Source of the DNA: Heteronotia binoei
Taxonomy: Eukaryota
Length of the DNA stretch: 64,000 nucleotides
Reading direction: 5' to 3'
Assembly (NCBI RefSeq): GCF_032191835.1
Contig: NC_083233.1
Coordinates: 51,088,001-51,152,000 of the forward strand
Below are positions 60,740 to 64,000 of this stretch, in pieces (the stretch's first letter is position 1; each line of letters begins with the position of its first letter). The notes below the pieces were generated by a model. That model made no database searches and had not been told where the DNA came from. It saw only the letters and a list, made by a program, of their open reading frames with translations. The translations under genes were made by a program, and so were the position numbers.

Positions 60740-63700
60740 GATGCAGTAATGCAGGAGAGGCCATTGCAGTGACCATCTGCCAGGCATAGCTGGACAGTGA
60801 CCACGCGGCAACTTGTTACTATATTTGGAAAAGGAAAAACTAGGTTTGTACAGATTGAAGGACCATAGTGCAACCTGTTCATCCAGTTGCCATTTCCTTT
60901 AATGTGACCCCAAACAGTCTCCTGCATCTCTCTGTTCTGAAGATACGTTCCAGGTTAAGAGGTGCCTTTAATATATTGTGAAAAAACCCTACATTTTATT
61001 CTCTCCCTCCCTTCTTAATACTCCGCTACTTGACTTGTGATTCAATGATTTATCTCTAAGATGGGAATTAATCATGAAGAAATCTCTAGTTTAACCACCA
61101 GATGATGAATGCAAGATTTTAAATTCAAAATTTTAATTAACATTCTGAATATGTTATCCCCAAGTTCAAATGTTTGTGCTTCAAATATACTGGCATCTCT
61201 TGACTACAGTGTTTCATAGTTGACAGCAGATGCAAGCAATAGATTCAATATCATCTTCTATCAAATGATATCAGATACTAAATATCATTCCATGCCAACT
61301 ACCAAATAGTGCCCAATAATTAAAAATGCTGTGTAATATAAATTGTTAAATGTCACAACCCAATAGCACAGGATGTATACTGTTCTTTTCAGCAAACGTA
61401 AGCATTCAGAGAATAACTGATTTCAACATTTTCAAGGGAGAAGTTCTGGAAGCACAAACTATTTCAACTGTACCTGCTGATTTTAATAAAAGAAGGCTGC
61501 CTGCTTTTAACAGCTGCATAACAGCAAAATGAATCAAACAGGTGAAGATTGTCTCCTTGATGTGAACAGATTTGTCTGCCAATTTCTACCTGCAATGCAG
61601 TTTTTAACAGGGAGACTTTGAGCACAGAACAGTGTTGATGCCAGCTGTGCAGACACACAAGTTTCTGTCAGTGCTAATTAGATACCGAACAAGAATTACT
61701 GAGAGTTGTCTAAGCTGCTGCAAGAACTGTGGAACTCTGGTCTTTTAGAATTGCACTGGGAAGGACTAGGCTGTGGGCATCTGTATTATTAATAGTTACG
61801 TAGAAGCAGGGATTTTGGCACATGAAGTTATCCGTTACTTCTGATGTGCAGAGATTACTTGTCTCACTATTGCTTTATACCCAGGAGTTATGCCAGAACA
61901 GTGAGAGATTTACACTGGCTTTGTACATTTAAATCATGTCAGTGAATCAGATGGCTATATTAAAAATGTTGCCTATCCAAGTTTAAGACTATGAGTATAA
62001 AAGGTGGTAACCCTACTTTTGTTATCAAATAAGCACTATTTAAGTCTTCTGTCCCAGTAGTAATTGTACCCTCCCAGACAAGTATTTTTGAAATGAACTG
62101 CATCTAGTAGCAGACTATTCAGTCTGCCTTCCTGCCTTGCAAATGTGAAGGGTGATGGAAGTACACATCTCAGGTGATTAACATAACAATCCTTACAGAT
62201 CCGGCTTCATCCTGAGCCCAGGATTGCTCAATCCAATTTCCAGTCTCTGCTTCTTCTTTAGAAGGCTAATGCCTGCCACCAGCACAGCTAAAATGACCTT
62301 CTTAAAGAGATACAGCACGTTCTCCCTACTTTCTAGAAATCATAAGCAGACAACACGATGAAGTAGCTGTAACCTGCAGGCAACACATGCTTTGGCAAAA
62401 TGGCAAAGACAAGAGACATGATTTTTAATCAGCATCTAATGCTCTTCTGTTCCAAGCAGCTGAAGGCAGCATACATTGTTCTCTCATTCCCATTTCATCC
62501 TCACACAACCACCTGTGAAGCTGGTAGGTAGGCAGGGCTGATAGTGACCGGACCCAGAAAATCCAGAAAGTTTCATGACTGAATGGGGATTTGAACCTAA
62601 GTCCCCCAAATCTTAGTCTAACACTTTAACCACTACACCATGTTGTCTAGAGTTTATAGTGCTTACTGTACTGTCCTAGTCTAGCTGTGATGAGATGCGG
62701 GGGGAGAGGGGCTGAGGTGATAGAATAGGCTGCACCACTGCAGACTGGAGGAGTGGGATTGCATTTTTTCAAAAAACCCTACATTAATAATTCTCTATGA
62801 TATGAACCTAGTACAACATATGAAGAGCTAGGTTACACAGGGGAACATTACAACACATGATTCTTCCCACCTGCAGTCTATTCTGCCACCTTACAAATTA
62901 ACCACCTCATTCTGTAGCATGTGCTGATCATGTGCTGATCAAGCAGATTACTACCATCAGGTTATTTCCATATAAGCAAAAGTCTATCCTGCTAAATAGC
63001 CATATGTCAAACAACCATTAAAGGAGGAGACCAATTCAAACAAACAAACAAAGCAACAATACCAGCCAGAATAAAAACATGCCTTGTTTCCCTTGATCGG
63101 TTAACATGGCCTTCCTAATCTTGCGAAGGAACTGATCATTTCAAGGCAGCTCGGGCAGGAAAACCTCCTACAACATTGTTCCTCAAAGTGATTAGGTCTA
63201 CCTTCCACACCACTGTCCTTCATGCATTTCCTGGAAGGGCTGCCCATAGACAGACTCTACCTGCTTAAAATGAAATGATGTGGCATGGGAGGCCACAATG
63301 GCAGCCCTGCTTTGGTCTCAGACACTGTAATGGCTATCTTTGTGATTGCCATAGTAACTTGTGAAAACATCCGTGAAACAGATGGGGATTAAGTGAATCA
63401 GCCAAGATCCCTTTGGTCTTGGCTGGCTCCATGTTAAGCAAGAGATATGGACTTCTCTGGCTGAAAGGCTAGCCCGTCTATCAAGCTGAAACTTGTGACA
63501 CAGTTGACAGTTGTGTCTTCTACCCTCTGAGAGGCTTAGGACTTTGACCGTTTAGAGCCATGTTGCACTGGAGTGGAACCCGGAGCCTGTTTATTTTCTT
63601 CATTTATAGCCCACTTTTATCCCCAATGCGGACCCAAATTCTCCACCGTATCCTCACAACTCTGTTGTGGCTGTGACTGGCCCAAGATCACCCAATAAAC

Positions 63701-64000
63701 TTCCATGGCAGAGTAGAGATTATAACCTACATCTCCCAGATTATCATTTGACACTCTAACGGTAAGGAGGACACCATGCTGACTCTACCCCTTTGCCTTT
63801 AACGGTGTCTCCTGCTGTCTGAAACATGAAGGACACAGCCTTCGCAGTGGTTTTGCCACATCTTTGGAATACCTTTCATCACTTTAGACCTCAAGTTGCT
63901 TGCTACTATACCTAATTTTTGCAGATCTTGATTGTTATGATATACAGTGTTCAGGGGTTTTTTTATGTTATGGATTTGAATTTGCTTTATTATATTGTGA

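Larger units (their letters stand above)
56818..60806 (-). mobile_element. Near full-length (~4.0 kb) RTE-clade LINE
   Basis: 11-bp TSD GGCAACTTGTT at 56807-56817 and 60807-60817; (GA)n 3' tail; ~730-nt 5' UTR; APE-RT ORF. Confidence 0.93.

Noticed and set aside
60684-60806. Alternative ribozyme fold using GCGTGGT (element start) paired with GCCACGT as P1
   Set aside because: The pairing is possible and begins with a G-U wobble, but the flanking sequence gives no valid P3/L3, J1/4 or P2. It is at most a competing structure.
28200-64000. Exons of the expected neighbour MSI1 or any other host gene
   Set aside because: No RRM or Musashi-like peptide is visible in the ORF track or by eye; the short ORFs here are repeat-derived or chance.

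Overview
Eukaryotic (vertebrate) genomic DNA, most likely a squamate reptile and possibly a gecko (inferred from the repeat types). The left 28 kb holds the conserved gene block SRSF9(+) / GATC(-) / TRIAP1(+) / COX6A1(-). I could reconstruct all four genes exon by exon with in-frame splice junctions; GATC and TRIAP1 are head-to-head, and the TRIAP1 intron is GC-AG. The left edge contains the 5' half of a young, intact Ty3/Gypsy LTR retrotransposon (LTR, tRNA-Ser PBS, open gag-pro-RT ORF running off the window). The right 36 kb has no recognisable host exons and is dense in transposons: hAT-type MITEs, tRNA-derived SINEs, Penelope-like fragments, two related LTRs, L2/CR1 relics, a ~3.1 kb decayed Vingi-like LINE, and a ~4.0 kb near-intact RTE LINE with an 11-bp TSD. 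The most notable signal is an HDV-like (CPEB3-type) ribozyme fold with almost no P4 at the 5' end of each of these two adjacent, unrelated LINEs. Decayed minimal hammerhead motifs occur in the Penelope-like fragments. All calls were made by eye; family names come from recalled knowledge and need database confirmation.
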